Source: Okeania sp.
GTDB taxonomy: Bacteria > Cyanobacteriota > Cyanobacteriia > Cyanobacteriales > Microcoleaceae
Reading direction: 5' to 3'
Length of the DNA stretch: 6,212 bases
NCBI RefSeq assembly: GCF_035285525.1
Contig: NZ_JAYKGW010000045.1
Span: forward strand, 1-6,212
A program made the translations under genes and the position numbers. The notes beneath the pieces are model-generated. The model searched no databases and was not told the origin of the DNA. It saw only the letters and a list, made by a program, of their open reading frames with translations. Below, in pieces: positions 4,187 to 6,212 of this stretch; position 1 is the first letter of the stretch, and the number at the start of each line of letters is the position of its first letter.

Positions 4187-6212
4187 ATGAAATTAATTTC
4201 AATTATTTTGTGTAATTTTCGTCAGTTTTATGGCAAAACTCCAGAAATAATTTTGGCATCAGGTAAACAAAATACAACAATTATTCATGGTAACAATGGT
4301 GCAGGTAAAACCACGATAATGAATGCTTTTACTTGGGTACTTTATGAAAAATTTAGTGCTGCTTTTGCAGCAGAAACTCAATTAGTAAATAAACGAGCAA
4401 TTACAGAAGCAAAACCAGGTCAAGCTATAGCTTGTTGGGTAGAAATTATGTTTGAACATGATAATAAACGTTATCAAATTAAACGTTTATGTCGAGCTTA
4501 TAGAAACGAAAAAAATCGAATTGAACATGGTAAAAGTGAGCTATATATGCAAATAGCTGGAGATGATGGACGTTGGTCTCCACCACCGGAACATCCTGAT
4601 GATATTGTTGGGAGAATTTTGCCAGAAAGTTTACATAGATATTTCTTTTTTGATGGGGAAAGAATTGAGTATATTTTTAGGGATAACCAGAAAAGTGAAA
4701 TTGCTGAAGCTACTAAAGAATTATTGGGAATTGAAGTATTAAATCGTTCTGTTAGACATTTAGGAGAAGCTAAAAAGTCTCTGGAAACTGATTTAAGATT
4801 GATTGGTAATCCTGAGACTAAAAAGTTATTGAAGGAAAAAAGTCAAGTTGAAAAGGAAATTGATAAATTATCAAAACGCCAAAAAGAAATAGACAAAGAA
4901 TTACAACATTATCGGGAATTTAAACGAGAAATTAGTAGTCGTTTATTGGATTTTAAAGGTGCAGAAGGTTTGCCTCAACAAAGAGATCAATTAAAAGTTC
5001 AGATTGGAGCAATTAGAGAACAAATAGTACAAGCAAATCAGGTTTTGAAAAGAGCTATATCAACTCGTGGTTATATGGTATTTTTATCAGAATCAATAGC
5101 AGAATTTCGAGAATTATTTGGTTATTTAAAAGAAAAAGGGGAGTTACTTACTGGAATTAATCGGCAGTTTATTCAACAGTTATTAGAGGCACAACTTTGT
5201 ATTTGTGGAACTGAATTAACTAAAGATTCGACTGGGAGAAAATTAGTAGAAAAATGGATGGAAAAAGTAGAGATTGCTGATGTTGAAGAAACTGCTATTA
5301 AAATGACTGTACAAATGGATGAAGTTGAGAAACAAGTAGTAGATTTTTGGGAGGAAGTTGATAGACAACAGGGAAATATAGAACAATTACGTTCTCAACT
5401 TTCCGGGATTGAAAATCAATTAGACATCGTTCAAAAAAAATTACGCAGTTATCCTAATGAGGATATTCAGAAGTTACAAAAAAGGTTAGATGAAATTGAA
5501 GTTAAGGTGGGAGATTTAAACCGGGAAACTGGTTCAAATAATTTACAGTTAGAAACTTTTAATCAACAAATTAAGGTTTTAGAGAAACAACTAGATCGCC
5601 AAAAAATGAATGAGGTAAAACAAGTTTTATGTCAAAGACGAATTGCTGCTACTCAAGATGCTATTCAGAGATTAAACGAAGTTAAGTTACGTTTAGAAAA
5701 ACAGTTTAGAGTTTCTTTGGAAAAACGGATACAAGAATTATTTTCGGAAATTTCTTTTACTCCTTATATTCCTCAACTTAATGAAAATTATGAGTTAACT
5801 TTAGTGGAAAATACTGGTGGTAAAAATTCTTTGGTTGCTGCTTCTACAGGAGAAAATCAAATTCTTAGTTTGGCGTTTATTGGTAGTATTATTGACCAGG
5901 TGAGAGAATGGAGTCAAAAAAATACTTTAATGGGTCCTGATAGTAGCACTTTTCCGATTGTTATGGATTCTCCTTTTGGCAGTTTAGATGAAATTTATCG
6001 ACGACAAATTGCTAAAAAAATTCCTCGATTAGCAAATCAATTAATTGTATTAGTAACTAAGACTCAATGGCGTGGTGAAGTTGCGGAAGAAATGGCTGAT
6101 TATATTGGTAGAGAATATGTTCTTTCTTATAATTCTCCAAAACCAGATTGTGAGGAAGATGCTATTGAGTTAGATGGTAAATCTTATGCTTTGGTAAAAC
6201 GTAGTCCGAATG
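4187..6212 (+). CDS. DndD-like / SMC-Rad50-like ABC ATPase with a long coiled-coil insert; 3' end lies outside the window
   Basis: My own translation gives 675 codons with no stop before the window edge. The gene is absent from the supplied ORF track. The N-terminus is MKLISIILCNFRQFYGK. Walker A is GNNGAGKTT (4289-4315). An FFFDGERIE motif is present. About 350 aa are heptad-like and rich in K, E, Q and L. The ABC signature-like ASTGENQILSLAF has STGE at 5843-5854. Walker B/D-loop is IVMDSPFGSLD (5957-5989). Confidence 0.85.
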   Translation, partial: MKLISIILCNFRQFYGKTPEIILASGKQNTTIIHGNNGAGKTTIMNAFTWVLYEKFSAAFAAETQLVNKRAITEAKPGQAIACWVEIMFEHDNKRYQIKRLCRAYRNEKNRIEHGKSELYMQIAGDDGRWSPPPEHPDDIVGRILPESLHRYFFFDGERIEYIFRDNQKSEIAEATKELLGIEVLNRSVRHLGEAKKSLETDLRLIGNPETKKLLKEKSQVEKEIDKLSKRQKEIDKELQHYREFKREISSRLLDFKGAEGLPQQRDQLKVQIGAIREQIVQANQVLKRAISTRGYMVFLSESIAEFRELFGYLKEKGELLTGINRQFIQQLLEAQLCICGTELTKDSTGRKLVEKWMEKVEIADVEETAIKMTVQMDEVEKQVVDFWEEVDRQQGNIEQLRSQLSGIENQLDIVQKKLRSYPNEDIQKLQKRLDEIEVKVGDLNRETGSNNLQLETFNQQIKVLEKQLDRQKMNEVKQVLCQRRIAATQDAIQRLNEVKLRLEKQFRVSLEKRIQELFSEISFTPYIPQLNENYELTLVENTGGKNSLVAASTGENQILSLAFIGSIIDQVREWSQKNTLMGPDSSTFPIVMDSPFGSLDEIYRRQIAKKIPRLANQLIVLVTKTQWRGEVAEEMADYIGREYVLSYNSPKPDCEEDAIELDGKSYALVKRSPN

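Larger units (their letters stand above)
3612..4270 (+). repeat. Tandem array of five units, each holding the 3' end of the small ORF, the first 27 codons of the ATPase and a heptamer tract. The fifth unit is the genuine gene start.
   Basis: AAGAAG anchors are at 3615, 3751, 3873, 4024 and 4174. ATGs are at 3628, 3764, 3886, 4037 and 4187. Periods are 136, 122, 151 and 150 nt, which equals a 108-nt constant part plus 4, 2, 6(+1 nt) and 6 heptamers. Confidence 0.95.

Noticed and set aside
3612-4270. Could the repeat array be a CRISPR array?
   Set aside because: The conserved units (~108 nt) are far longer than CRISPR repeats and are themselves coding-derived. The spacers are simple heptamer microsatellites rather than unique sequences. 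No cas genes or leader are visible.
3612-4270. Could the tandem array be an assembly artefact?
   Set aside because: The five units differ from one another by multiple substitutions and by heptamer number. A collapsed or duplicated-read artefact would normally give identical copies. I cannot fully exclude it without reads, so it is listed as a refutation test in the findings.
1736-5440. Coding A7-A8 homopolymer runs (1736-1742, 2506-2513, 3523-3530, 3572-3578, 5433-5440) as phase-variation tracts
   Set aside because: Runs of this length are expected from AAA lysine codons in a very AT-rich, lysine-rich coding background. All are currently in frame, and there is no sign of frameshifted remnants.
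1-6212. Mobile-element hallmarks (transposase, integrase, terminal inverted repeats, tRNA attachment site) or any tRNA/rRNA gene
   Set aside because: None of the reading frames shows transposase or recombinase motifs. I saw no tRNA-like cloverleaf or rRNA-like segments and no flanking inverted repeats.

Overview
This is a low-GC window (about 30% by eye) with every supported gene on the plus strand. It looks like part of a cyanobacterial defence island, given a perfect HIP1 octamer GCGATCGC at 3161-3168. I can support four coding regions. (1) The 3' half of an SF2 helicase, whose frame is open to the left window edge and stops at 823. (2) A 707-aa GmrSD-type DUF262/DUF1524 protein with an extra C-terminal EVE/PUA-like domain (891-3014). 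(3) An 81-aa lysine-rich ORF of unknown function (3386-3631). (4) A DndD/SMC-Rad50-like ABC ATPase that starts at 4187 and runs off the right edge. This last gene is missing from the supplied ORF track, presumably because it has no stop codon inside the window. The unusual part is 3336-4270. The first 27 codons of the ATPase, together with the last ~20 nt of the small ORF, are reiterated five times in tandem. The four upstream copies each end in a stop at codon 28, exactly where the real gene has Gln. The copies are separated by pure-pyrimidine CTTCCTT heptamer tracts with 4, 2, 6 and 6 repeats, and a fifth tract of 6 repeats lies upstream of the small ORF. The copies fall into three sequence types arranged A-B-A-B, and most differences in their conserved part are synonymous. 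I do not recognise this as any described regulatory or defence architecture. It is the main candidate for something new. I found no rRNA, tRNA, CRISPR array, transposase or integrase.
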